Counted from the first letter of the stretch, positions 18,368 through 27,840 are shown. The stretch is 64,000 bases of DNA from Candidatus Thalassarchaeum betae (GCA_003193925.1 PSPG01000005.1:1645-65644); one strand, 5' to 3'. Made by a program: numbers and translations. Notes: generated by a model from the letters alone, not told the origin.

Positions 18368-19630
18368 CTAGTTTCGGCGCGGGCGCCTCTTGCGCTCCCT
18401 GCCGCCGCTGGGGTTGGACTCCTGCACGCTCATCTTGCGGCCGTGCAGCTTAGTGTTGTTGAGTTCCCTGATGGCTGCGAGGCCGGCCTTCTTGCTGGTG
18501 AATGTGACGAAGGCGAAGCCCCTCGAGCGTCCGGTCTCCCTGTCGGTGGCGATGTGGACCTCCTTCAGTTCGCCATGCGCCGAGAAGATCTCCCTCAGCT
18601 CGTCCTCGGTGGCATCGTAGGAGACTCCGCCCACGAACAGCTTGGCGCCCATCGCCTCACCTGCTCCCGCGCGTGCCGCGTTCATCACCTCGCGCTCCTT
18701 GGCGAGCTCGTCCCTCGAGGCCTTGCCGTCCTTGACCCTGTCCATGCAGTCCCGGCATCGAATCGGCTTGCCGGGAGTCGGTTTGAATGGAACTTGAGTC
18801 TTGGTTCCGCACAAGGTGCAGGTAGTCGGATGCATCTCGCGCCGCGGCCTGCCTCCTCCGGCGCCTCGTGACTGGGATGCCCGTGCACGGCGGGCCGAGG
18901 CCGGCATCTCGTGACTCATTCCACGGCGGTGATCGGCTACTGGGGAGAGGTAGGGGCGTGCGCCGTCGTGGCCGAGCAACGGCTCGGCCTCGGGCGACCA
19001 GCGCGCCCCGGGCCGGTTCAGTGACTGTATGTCCTCGCCGATGACATGCCCGTGGCCGAAGCCATTGGACAGGACCCTGTAACCGGTGTAGTCGCAGCGT
19101 GGGCATGCGACGTTGAAGTCGGGAGTCTCGCTGGAAGTCTCCAGGTCCTCTCCGCACTGCGGGCAGAGAGCGTGGAGGACTCCGAGCTCGGGGTCATCGC
19201 GGGTCGTGGCCTTGAGCATGGGGTCGAGCTCGACTATGCGCGCGCGGATGATGTCCCTCTTGCGCATGGCATCGCCGGCTGAGGGAAGGAAGCGGTCGAC
19301 GAAATTGGTGACGTAGATGTCAGCGAACAGTTTCAGTGCTGGGAGGTCCCTGTGCCCCCCGTCCTTGCCCTCGATGTGGAGCAGGCGGACCTCGGCGGTC
19401 TTGGGGTTGAGCCGATTGACCTCAGCGATGATCACATCGCCGATCTCGGGGGAGTTGACCGATGGCCTGATCGACTCCACTGACATCTTCCCGTTGCTTT
19501 GGACCAGGGTCCCTGTGACCACTGCGACGGCGCCCGATACATCATCGTGAATCCCATCGCCGGCCTCCACACCGTCGGGGATTGCGACGGAGGAGCCTGG
19601 TGTGACGAAGTCGCCTGCTGCAGCGGTCAT
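18368..19630 (-). CDS. csl4: Exosome subunit Csl4 fused to a CxxC-x17-CxxC zinc ribbon and an RRM domain
   Basis: FVTPG N-terminus, S1 domain, LGVLHALCPQCG...CPRC ribbon; REMHPTTCTLCG...VPFKP...CRDC; KLFVGG (RNP2) and RGFAFVTF (RNP1). Confidence 0.85.
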   Translation of the reverse strand: MTAAAGDFVTPGSSVAIPDGVEAGDGIHDDVSGAVAVVTGTLVQSNGKMSVESIRPSVNSPEIGDVIIAEVNRLNPKTAEVRLLHIEGKDGGHRDLPALKLFADIYVTNFVDRFLPSAGDAMRKRDIIRARIVELDPMLKATTRDDPELGVLHALCPQCGEDLETSSETPDFNVACPRCDYTGYRVLSNGFGHGHVIGEDIQSLNRPGARWSPEAEPLLGHDGARPYLSPVADHRRGMSHEMPASARRARASQSRGAGGGRPRREMHPTTCTLCGTKTQVPFKPTPGKPIRCRDCMDRVKDGKASRDELAKEREVMNAARAGAGEAMGAKLFVGGVSYDATEDELREIFSAHGELKEVHIATDRETGRSRGFAFVTFTSKKAGLAAIRELNNTKLHGRKMSVQESNPSGGRERKRRPRRN

Positions 19631-19686
19631 CGGCCCGCCGACCGGACAACTCCCTATGAACGGTCCGGAGGGATTGAGCCGCAGGC

Positions 19687-20301
19687 TCAGGGAGGTGTGA
19701 GCCGCCAGAAAGCGACTCTTGTGCGCCCCCGTTGGCGGCTGTGGTGCGAGTATGCCGCCGGGAGGGCGAAGTCAGCCTCGCCGTATCTCTCGGTAGACCA
19801 GTCCGAGGCCTCGAACAACGGCTCGATGTGACTGGCTTCGGCGCTGTGCAGAAGATGGGCAGGGAGGCCGGAAGACAGGATGGCGTCGAGGAAGGGGCGG
19901 TCTGCCTTGGCGGTCTGGCGGCCCCAGGGCGGGTTGCTGACGATCAAATCGGCAGCGCCAAGATCGACCGGGTCCGAGCCCAGCGTCGCGGAGACGATCT
20001 CGACGGACTCAGCAAGCCCCATCGACTCGGCGTTCGCCAGCGCCGCATCGCAAGCCCCTGGGTCGGCCTCCACGAGAATTGCTCGGCCCGCGCCCATCGC
20101 AAGCGCCCCCAGCCCGAGCACGCCGTTGCCCGCACCGAGGTCTGCCACGGTGCAGCCCTCGGTGAGGTCGCCGAACGCGGAGATGTCGGTGAGCCAGCGA
20201 GCCGCTAGGTCGCCGTCGGTGGTGTACTGCTCGAGCTCGACGGAGTCGCATGGGTGCGGAAGCAGGCCCGACAGCAGCATCCCGAGCCTGCGGACCCTCA
20301 T
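19687..20301 (-). CDS. METTL5-like SAM-dependent methyltransferase
   Basis: LEQYTT, VADLGAGNGVLG, SNPPWG, YSHH motifs; start MRVRR at 20301. Confidence 0.88.
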   Translation of the reverse strand: MRVRRLGMLLSGLLPHPCDSVELEQYTTDGDLAARWLTDISAFGDLTEGCTVADLGAGNGVLGLGALAMGAGRAILVEADPGACDAALANAESMGLAESVEIVSATLGSDPVDLGAADLIVSNPPWGRQTAKADRPFLDAILSSGLPAHLLHSAEASHIEPLFEASDWSTERYGEADFALPAAYSHHSRQRGRTRVAFWRLTPP

Positions 20302-20412
20302 GGGCTCGCTAGGGCCGCTAGTACCTAAGAACCAATTCAGCGACTCTCCTGAGCGACCACCTCCCAACATGCGGGCAGAGGCACAAAATACGATGGGTTG
20401 TTCGCCCGATGC

Positions 20413-23025
20413 ATGACTTCCTCGGCCAGAGGTAGGGCCCGAACATCGATGCTCATTCTGACGATGTTCCTGACGAGCGCCTTCCTCGCTGTGTCACCCA
20501 CTGCCATCGCAGAAGGTGGCGCACGCTCGTCACACACCTACGTCGAGCAATTCGGTGCCGGCTTCAACGAGACGGTCATCGCCACAGACAGTGACGACCT
20601 CAACGTCCCGCGAGACCTCGAATTCCACCCTAGTTCGTCCCGGCAAAACGAACTCTGGGTCATAAATCGCGCCACTGACAGCGTCACCATCATACACAGT
20701 GCAGGCCTAGCAGGCCAGTCTAGCGAGAACAGGCAGGACGCATACGGCAACCACTTCATGGAGGAGGTCAGCGCATTCGCCTTCGGACAAGACCATTCCG
20801 AGTTCGACTACATCTTCGCCTCGGCCCAAGAAACCCGCAACACGTACAACGGCCAGCAACCACCGAACAATTTCATGGGGCCGGCACTCTGGCCTTCGTC
20901 GCTCTCCCACTTCGCCATGGAGAACCAGCAACCAGGCGGACGCTTGGGTAGCCACCTCGACATGCTGCACGAGAGTCCGAACGGGATGGGCATCGCCCAC
21001 GACTCGGGCAACGCCTACTGGTACAACGACGGCTACTACGGTGAATTGGTGTATTACGACTTCCACGACGACCACAATACCGGTGGAGATGACCACGACG
21101 ACGGTGTCGTTCGACGCTACACCGAGATCACCCCCACACGCAGAGCAGGCGTCCCCGGTCACATGGTACTCGACAAGGCGAATGGAATCCTCTACATCGC
21201 CGACACCGGGGCTGGCCGAGTTCTCTGGGTCAACACCGACGACCCCACCACCACGACGGCGGACATCATGGGTTCGAGCACGCAGAAGGACTCGGAGCTG
21301 GCAGAGTACAGCGAGATCACCGACGTGGAATGGGGTGTCCTCGTCCCCAGCCTTTCCTCTCCTTCCGGCATCGCCCTGCACGGTGACACGCTCTTCGTAT
21401 CGCAAAACGGCAACGGGAAGATCAGCGCCTACGAGCTTGCAAATGACGGCAAGAGCGGCACTCACATGCAGACAGTCGACACCAACGCCAACTCAATCAT
21501 GGGCCTTGAGGTAGGACCGGGCGACAAACTCTGGTACGTCGACGCGGGATTGAACCGTGTCATCAGAATCGACCCCTTCCCCGACGCCGACATCGATGGC
21601 ATCCGCGACAGCCTCGACGACTGCCCGGTGACCTATGGCACCAGCACAGAGGACCGTCTCGGGTGCCCTGACACGGACGATGACGGCTGGTCCGACGATG
21701 GTGACGCATTCATGTTCGACATCACCCAATGGGCCGATCGCGACTCCGACGGGTACGGCGACAACCCCCCGCCCGCCAGCGCCCCCGACGACTGCCCCGA
21801 TGTCTGGGGCAACTCGACCCTGGACAGTCTGGGTTGCCTGGACGGCGATGGTGACGGCTGGTCTGAGGCCAGCGACACCTATCCGAACGACAAACTGCTG
21901 TGGTCGGATGATGACGGGGATGGCTACGCCGACCAATCGGGGACTGACCTCTCCGACGACTGCCCCGGAGTGGCCGGGACCTCGATCTGGGGTCTATTAG
22001 GCTGCATCGACACCGATGGCGACGGTTGGGCGGACACCGAGGACGAGTATCCAATGGATGTCTCGCAGTGGCGTGACACCGACGAGGATGGATACGGCGA
22101 CAACGGTGAGGGCACAGACGGTGACCTCTGCCCCTTGCAAGAGGGCTACTCGACCATCGACCGTCTCGGCTGTCCCGATGCTGACGAGGACGGTTATTCC
22201 GACCCGGCGGACGCATGGACCGTGGATGACGGCGCTGACGCATTCCCCAGTGACGACTCGCAGTGGCGAGACTCGGATTTGGACGGATTCGGTGACAATC
22301 CCGCACCTGCCAACATGGCCGACGTCTGCCCGGTGACCTATGGCACCAGCACAGAGGACCGCCTCGGGTGCCCTGACACGGACGATGACGGCTGGTCAGA
22401 CGATGGTGATGCATTCGCGTTCGACATCACCCAGTGGGCCGATGGCGACTCCGACGGGTACGGCGACAACCCCGCGCCCGCGAGCGCCCCCGACGGCTGC
22501 CCCGAAGTCTGGGGCAACTCGACCCTGGACAGTCTGGGTTGCCTGGACGGCGACGGTGACGGCTGGTCTGAGGCCAGCGATCCCTATCCGAACGACAAAC
22601 TGCTGTGGTCGGATGATGACGGGGATGGCTACGCCGACCAATCGGGGACCGACCTCTCCGACGACTGCCCCGGAGTGGCTGGAGCCTCGATCGAGGACCG
22701 ACTAGGCTGCATCGACACCGATGGCGACGGTTGGTCCGACGAGGCCGACTACTATCCAGCAGACGCGGAGCGTCACGTCAAGAGCAACCTCCCGATGATC
22801 GTACTCATCGCGGCAATCGTCGCAGGGACAGCTACATTGCTGATTCTGCGCCGAAGGTCGAGAAGAACCGCCTCGCATGCCCTCGGGCAACCCCCAATCG
22901 CTCCACCGCCCGCACCCGCGGCGGTACAGCAGGCCCCGCCCAGACCCGCCGGTGGCCTACCGCCGGGATGGACTGAGGAGCAGTGGGAATACTACGGACA
23001 AGAGTGGCTCGACGGCGACAACTGA
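20413..23025 (+). CDS. Secreted/membrane-anchored protein: N-terminal beta-propeller-like domain, TSP3-like repeats, TM and Pro-rich tail
   Basis: Signal peptide, DMLHESP motif, many D.D.DG..D/GC.D repeats, TM + RRR, GLPPGWTEEQWEYYG tail. Confidence 0.85.
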   Translation: MTSSARGRARTSMLILTMFLTSAFLAVSPTAIAEGGARSSHTYVEQFGAGFNETVIATDSDDLNVPRDLEFHPSSSRQNELWVINRATDSVTIIHSAGLAGQSSENRQDAYGNHFMEEVSAFAFGQDHSEFDYIFASAQETRNTYNGQQPPNNFMGPALWPSSLSHFAMENQQPGGRLGSHLDMLHESPNGMGIAHDSGNAYWYNDGYYGELVYYDFHDDHNTGGDDHDDGVVRRYTEITPTRRAGVPGHMVLDKANGILYIADTGAGRVLWVNTDDPTTTTADIMGSSTQKDSELAEYSEITDVEWGVLVPSLSSPSGIALHGDTLFVSQNGNGKISAYELANDGKSGTHMQTVDTNANSIMGLEVGPGDKLWYVDAGLNRVIRIDPFPDADIDGIRDSLDDCPVTYGTSTEDRLGCPDTDDDGWSDDGDAFMFDITQWADRDSDGYGDNPPPASAPDDCPDVWGNSTLDSLGCLDGDGDGWSEASDTYPNDKLLWSDDDGDGYADQSGTDLSDDCPGVAGTSIWGLLGCIDTDGDGWADTEDEYPMDVSQWRDTDEDGYGDNGEGTDGDLCPLQEGYSTIDRLGCPDADEDGYSDPADAWTVDDGADAFPSDDSQWRDSDLDGFGDNPAPANMADVCPVTYGTSTEDRLGCPDTDDDGWSDDGDAFAFDITQWADGDSDGYGDNPAPASAPDGCPEVWGNSTLDSLGCLDGDGDGWSEASDPYPNDKLLWSDDDGDGYADQSGTDLSDDCPGVAGASIEDRLGCIDTDGDGWSDEADYYPADAERHVKSNLPMIVLIAAIVAGTATLLILRRRSRRTASHALGQPPIAPPPAPAAVQQAPPRPAGGLPPGWTEEQWEYYGQEWLDGDN
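21621..22735 (+). repeat. Intragenic ~410-bp direct duplication (about 21621-22030 and 22326-22735)
   Basis: Near-identical DNA starting ctgcccggtgacctatggcaccagcacagaggacc, offset 705 nt (in frame). Confidence 0.92.
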
Positions 23026-23132
23026 TGTCGGAGAGCCATCGGGCCGCTAATACCCATGAACCGATTCAGTGGTTTGCTGGGTTCCCAATCCATATTTCTC
23101 AGAGTTGAAATACCGCCAAGTCGAAGGGTACT

Positions 23133-24185
23133 ATGAGCGCGATGTCGGAGATGCTGTCATATGGCCTTCTAGCTCTGGTTATCGGCCTGGTGATACTAAT
23201 CGTCTACGCCCTCTCACTACTCAAGGCGATACAACAGGAGTCGTCTGTCATTCGTGATCAGGCCACCCTAATCCATACACAGGGGGAAGTGCAGAAGGAG
23301 GCGATTGGAAATCTGGATTTCACAGTAAAACCAGAGATGATCTCAGCTGGAATCGGCCAGAGCCAAGCGGTCATCACCAAGGGCATCCAAGCTGGGCTGG
23401 ACGATGCCAAGTTCGGTGAGCGAATCGGCGCTATTGACACCAATGCAGCAGCAATCCTCAGCGCGAACGCCCAGATTCTGACGCTGTTCCAGGGTGGAGG
23501 CCATGAAGCCTCTGGCTGGGCTGAGATAGAACTGGAGAAGTTGCTGAAGGACAAGTTCAGCGATGTGAAGATTCGCAAGCGAGTGGCGAAACTTGACGGC
23601 GCTGTGCCCGATGCTCACCTCGAACTGTCCAATGGAGATATCCTGTGCATTGACTCGAAGTTTCCCCTCGGGACGTTTAGCCGTATGGCAGCAGAACCCG
23701 ACGGCCGCAAGCGCAAGCCGCTACAGGAAGCTTTCATCAAAGCCCTGCGTGGACACATCGACAAGGTTGCGCAGACCTACGTCAAGCCCGAGAAGGGCAC
23801 CACGGAAGTCGCCTACATGTATATCGGCTCGGAAGCGGTGTATCACCATCTCATCAATCCTATGAACGAGTCGGAGTCGAGTCTCATCAGGGATGCTGCG
23901 GGCACAGGTGTAATCGTTTGCTCCCCATCGACATTGATGGCCAACATGCATCTTGTTCGGATAGCGGAGCAGGCTATGGGCATCTCAGAGCATACGGGGG
24001 AGATTGTCGCTGGCCACAAGCAACTGCGTAAGGACCTCGACGACCTGAAGAACATCTGGATGACCCTGATGAACCAGATTAAGGACTCCTACAACAATCG
24101 GGCCAAGGTGCAGGATGCCATCGACTCGCTCGAGCGCATCGTGAAGTCACTAGAGAGCCTCGACTTGAGTGGGGATGAAGACTGA
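23133..24185 (+). CDS. rmuC: DNA recombination protein RmuC family
   Basis: N-terminal TM, GWAEIELEKLL, PDA, IDSKFPL, YMYIGSEAVY, CSPSTL, C-terminal coiled coil. Confidence 0.85.
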   Translation: MSAMSEMLSYGLLALVIGLVILIVYALSLLKAIQQESSVIRDQATLIHTQGEVQKEAIGNLDFTVKPEMISAGIGQSQAVITKGIQAGLDDAKFGERIGAIDTNAAAILSANAQILTLFQGGGHEASGWAEIELEKLLKDKFSDVKIRKRVAKLDGAVPDAHLELSNGDILCIDSKFPLGTFSRMAAEPDGRKRKPLQEAFIKALRGHIDKVAQTYVKPEKGTTEVAYMYIGSEAVYHHLINPMNESESSLIRDAAGTGVIVCSPSTLMANMHLVRIAEQAMGISEHTGEIVAGHKQLRKDLDDLKNIWMTLMNQIKDSYNNRAKVQDAIDSLERIVKSLESLDLSGDED

Positions 24186-24203
24186 GGGGCCCCTCGCGAC
24201 TAC

Positions 24204-24785
24204 ATGGTCGATTGGTCGGCTCACGAGTACCGCGCCGTGGTCCACCTGCCGGAGGACTACACGATCCTCGACCTGAGCGGCGGAACCTGGACTCCGCCGA
24301 ATACAGAGTACAGCGTCGGCAAGTACGACGAGGTCCGCCCTAACATGTACAACACCGAGCTGTTCGGCGGAACTCGCCTGATTCACATGGGAATCGACAT
24401 CGGCGGACCGGTAGGGACTCCGTGCATGGCCTTCGCTGACGGCGGGGTCTCCCACTTCGGCTACAACCCGGAACCGGGTGATTACGGCAACGTCGTCATC
24501 ATCAGGCACGACATAGATGGGACTCCGGTGTGGGCGCTCTACGGCCATATGGACGCGGTCTCGATCGAAGGAAAGACAGTGGGTCAGAAGGTGAGTGCGG
24601 GCGAGGAGATAGCCTGGTTCGGAGCCCGCCACGAGAACGGCGGCTGGGAGCCGCACCTCCACCTCCAGCTCTCGCTCGTCGAGCCTGAGACACATGACCT
24701 CCCCGGGGTCGTCGCACCCGAGGACAGGGAGCAGGCGCTGCTCGACTACCCCGACCCGAGGCTGGTCCTCGGGCCGCTCTACTGA
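24204..24785 (+). CDS. M23 family metallopeptidase
   Basis: HMGID (HxxxD), LYGH, ENGGWEPHLH (HxH) motifs. Confidence 0.9.
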   Translation: MVDWSAHEYRAVVHLPEDYTILDLSGGTWTPPNTEYSVGKYDEVRPNMYNTELFGGTRLIHMGIDIGGPVGTPCMAFADGGVSHFGYNPEPGDYGNVVIIRHDIDGTPVWALYGHMDAVSIEGKTVGQKVSAGEEIAWFGARHENGGWEPHLHLQLSLVEPETHDLPGVVAPEDREQALLDYPDPRLVLGPLY

Positions 24786-25822
24786 ATGCTCGCCAAGTGC
24801 ACCTTGAGCGAGTCTATCGCAGCCATCTCAGAGGGATCCCTTCCGTTCAGCAGCGCGAGCGCGATCGACACCCAGTCGGTGACGTGAGCTGCGTAGAGCA
24901 GCCGCTCGAGCAGGCTGGAGCCCTCGCACTCGATGCGCCAAACGATCTCGGTCTCGATGTTATCCAGCATCCAGCCCATGCGCGCTCGCGCGCGCGAGCG
25001 CGTGCTGTCGGATGTGAATGCGATGAGCCCTCGGGATGATGTGTCTTCTGCGGACCATGCTACGATCTCGTTGTGGTTCATCTCGGGAACCTCTGCGGGG
25101 TGCGCGAACGCCGCCGAGTTCTCGTTCAGCTGGCAGGCGAAGCGATACGCGGCCGGACCGAGTTCGGTGGGTGCCACGATTCCGACCTCGCGTCCGGCTA
25201 TGGAGCGAGCCATCGTCTCGGACATGCCGTCGCCATCAATCAGATCAGCGTCAGCTGAAGCAGCCCTGAGGCGCTCGACCATCGCTGCCCTCTCATCCCC
25301 GCTAGGCGCGGCGAGCAGGCCCAGTGCCCAGCAGGCGGCGAGCTGGGTGCCGAGGATGTGGCCGAATGCCGAGCGTGGCATCTGGCCGCCGGGGACTGCG
25401 AGCGAAACGGAGTCGTCGCTGCCATCGAGCAGTTCCGCGAGTTGTCCGCCCGAGCACACGCCCACCACGGTGCCGCCGGACTCGAGAGCCTCGCGCACAC
25501 CATCCAGGGTCTCCTCGGTGTTGCCCGAGTAGGAAGTGGCCAGAACCAGCCATTCGGGGCCCCACCAGCTCGGCAGGCCGTAGTCGCCCCATACGACGAA
25601 GGGAAGGCCGCCCTCCGCGTCGGCCAGTGCCTTGAGGAAGCGCCCTCCTGCCCCGGAGCCGCCCATGCCGAGGCAGAGGACGCCGCTCCAGTCGGAGTCG
25701 TCCTCGATGCCGACCTCGGCTGCCATCGCGGCCTCGAGGTCGTCTGCGAAACTGCGAGTGAGCCCGGCCATACCACTGGCATCTAGCTCGGCGAGCAGGG
25801 AGGCCATGTCACTCTCGCCCAT
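24779..25822 (-). CDS. Bifunctional phosphoglucose/phosphomannose isomerase (SIS domain)
   Basis: GMGGSG, SYSGNTEET, PRSA, QLNEN, PEMNHNE motifs. Confidence 0.9.
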   Translation of the reverse strand: MGESDMASLLAELDASGMAGLTRSFADDLEAAMAAEVGIEDDSDWSGVLCLGMGGSGAGGRFLKALADAEGGLPFVVWGDYGLPSWWGPEWLVLATSYSGNTEETLDGVREALESGGTVVGVCSGGQLAELLDGSDDSVSLAVPGGQMPRSAFGHILGTQLAACWALGLLAAPSGDERAAMVERLRAASADADLIDGDGMSETMARSIAGREVGIVAPTELGPAAYRFACQLNENSAAFAHPAEVPEMNHNEIVAWSAEDTSSRGLIAFTSDSTRSRARARMGWMLDNIETEIVWRIECEGSSLLERLLYAAHVTDWVSIALALLNGRDPSEMAAIDSLKVHLASIQ

Positions 25823-25824
25823 GC

Positions 25825-26877
25825 TCACACCTCGTTGACTGCTCCCGGCAACGCCAGCCATGCTCCGTCTATGAAGCCGATGCGCAGGCGTGAGGCGGTG
25901 CCGTCGTCGTCGTACGGGAACGCCACCGTGACCATCTTGTAGTCCGTCGGGTCCATCACCTCGGCGGCGGAGCTGTCGCGGTTCATGACCTCCACATCGT
26001 GCTGCTCCTTAGTCGGGCACACGACTGTCGACTTCTCCATGTCACGCCATGATACCCCGGTTCGCTCGAACCGATCCAGTCTGCGCAGGCTCGGGCCGTC
26101 CTTCTGCCAACCGTCGATGAGCCAGAACTGCTGTCTGAATCTTATGACATCCCTTAGCCCGTAGGCTGGCTTGCGGTAGCTGAGGGTGAGTCTGGTCACG
26201 TCGATGCCGTCGCTGGTGCCGACTACAGATGATGTCTCTTTGATCCTCCCCCCGAACCTCCTGACCAGTCTGCGCCCCCAGTTCTTGGCCATGGCCTTCG
26301 AGCCGAGCTGTAGGTCCCAGCCCCCAGTCACCGGCCCCTCATTGGTGACGAAGAACATGGGATCCGGCTCCATGTTCTCGATCATCTCATCCAGCGTCGC
26401 CCTGAGTTCCTTGAGCTCGGCGTCGTCCAAGCGTCGCCCAGCAGAGCGGAGTTGGACGGTGGCTTCGAAGTAAGAGCCGGCCTTTCGCGCGCAGGCCGGG
26501 CAGACGGCGTTGCTCGTCTGGAGCAGAATCGAGTGCTGATCTTCGAACTCGTACCCCTCGATGGATCCCTTGACATCCACGTGGAGTCGGTTCGTCCTGT
26601 CATCGATGGCTTCGACGGCGAAGTCGACATCGACTTGCTTGGCCCGCTCCTCGGTGACCAGGTTCTCGCGGATTCGCAGGTCGGCGATGATATCGGGGTC
26701 CATCTCGGACCATCGTCCTCTGACCTCATAGGAGTCGCATTTGGAGCAGCGTGACTGCTGGATTATCTCAGGTATCTTGGACAGCGTCGTGCGCTGCCTC
26801 ATGCATGCCTCACACATCCTCTCGGAGGTGAGTGGCGGGGGCGCCCCGCAGACGATGCAGAAGGCTCCGGCTGGCAT
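25825..26877 (-). CDS. nmd3: NMD3 family ribosome-associated protein
   Basis: FCIVCG, MCEAC, CSKC, CPAC zinc knuckles; GSYFEATVQLR. Confidence 0.9.
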   Translation of the reverse strand: MPAGAFCIVCGAPPPLTSERMCEACMRQRTTLSKIPEIIQQSRCSKCDSYEVRGRWSEMDPDIIADLRIRENLVTEERAKQVDVDFAVEAIDDRTNRLHVDVKGSIEGYEFEDQHSILLQTSNAVCPACARKAGSYFEATVQLRSAGRRLDDAELKELRATLDEMIENMEPDPMFFVTNEGPVTGGWDLQLGSKAMAKNWGRRLVRRFGGRIKETSSVVGTSDGIDVTRLTLSYRKPAYGLRDVIRFRQQFWLIDGWQKDGPSLRRLDRFERTGVSWRDMEKSTVVCPTKEQHDVEVMNRDSSAAEVMDPTDYKMVTVAFPYDDDGTASRLRIGFIDGAWLALPGAVNEV

Positions 26878-26942
26878 GATGCTCCCTGCTCTCCGCTCAG
26901 CCCGCCCGTTTCAAGGGTTCCCGGAGGGAAAAAATGGGTAAA

Positions 26943-27092
26943 TCACTCGATTTCGTCGTCTGAGAGGACGTCCTCGGCAGCCGCGAGACGCGCGTCGAGG
27001 TCAGCCAACCTGCTGAACAGTCGGTAGACGTAGACACCTATCAGGCCAATGAGAGCGAAGTACACGACAGCAAGTTCGGTCAGCCCGGTCAA
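26943..27092 (-). CDS. 49-aa CcmD-like heme exporter subunit (not in the ORF track)
   Basis: TTG start overlapping the ccmC TGA; MTGLTELAVVYFALIGLIGVYVYRLFSRLADLDARLAAAEDVLSDDEIE = one TM plus charged helix. Confidence 0.6.
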   Translation of the reverse strand: MTGLTELAVVYFALIGLIGVYVYRLFSRLADLDARLAAAEDVLSDDEIE

Positions 27093-27802
27093 TGTACCGC
27101 CTCCTCGTCGAGAAGACGCTGCAAGCGGCCCAGTCTTGATTCCATCTGGTGGACGGTGTCAGTAAGCAGGGCGAAGCCCGCGAAGAGCAGGAAGAACGAG
27201 ACGAAGCCAAGAATCAGGACCATCATTATCTCGGGCGCCAGCCCGGCTTCCTCGCTCTCGATGATGATGATTCCGGGATGGCGCTCCTGGTACCAAGTCG
27301 TCGCCAGAGCGGTAATGGGGACCAGAGCGAAGCCAAACAGCCCGACGGCTGCGATGGTGTCTCTGGTGTCCTGACCGTCGGGCTGAGAGTTGCGAGCGAG
27401 CACTAGGAAGAGGGCGACCGCGGTGAGGAGCCCGTATGTATTCAGCCTCAGGTCGCCCCAGTCCCACGGCACGCCCCACTCTGCCGAGCCCCAGATGGGA
27501 CCAGAGATTACCACACCCAAGCCGAACAGCAGCCCGAGGTCCGAGCCGGTGCATATGAGCCTCCACCCCATGTCCGAGCGGCGCATGTACCAAGTCACTG
27601 AGCCGACGAAGAGCACGCAGAAGGCGAGGAACGAGGACCAAGCGAAGGGAACGTGCCAGAACAGTATCCGGTAGGCCTCAGGCGCTTTCCACGCCTCCGC
27701 ATCGACTTCCGGCGCCCACAGGAAGCCGAGCAGAACCGTGGCCGCTGCACCTGTCAGGCCGAGGGCTGTCAGCGTCTTGCCCCTCGTTCCAGCAGATGAC
27801 AT
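27089..27802 (-). CDS. ccmC: Heme exporter / cytochrome c biogenesis protein CcmC
   Basis: RILFWHVP, GPIWGSAEWGVPWDWGDLRL (WWD domain), RHP. Confidence 0.9.
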   Translation of the reverse strand: MSSAGTRGKTLTALGLTGAAATVLLGFLWAPEVDAEAWKAPEAYRILFWHVPFAWSSFLAFCVLFVGSVTWYMRRSDMGWRLICTGSDLGLLFGLGVVISGPIWGSAEWGVPWDWGDLRLNTYGLLTAVALFLVLARNSQPDGQDTRDTIAAVGLFGFALVPITALATTWYQERHPGIIIIESEEAGLAPEIMMVLILGFVSFFLLFAGFALLTDTVHQMESRLGRLQRLLDEEAVH

Positions 27803-27840
27803 GATCTACGGAATCTGCTCCCTGTCATGAATGCTCGTCT

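Noticed and set aside
16772-18871. 699-aa plus-strand ORF (and similar long ORFs at 2179-3276, 9639-10649, 34578-35792, 50479-51354)
   Set aside because: Antisense shadows of well-supported genes, expected from GC-rich codon bias; no recognisable motifs
21621-22735. Possible diversity-generating retroelement template/variable repeat pair
   Set aside because: Mismatches are not adenine-specific, both copies are in frame in one CDS, and no reverse transcriptase is in the window
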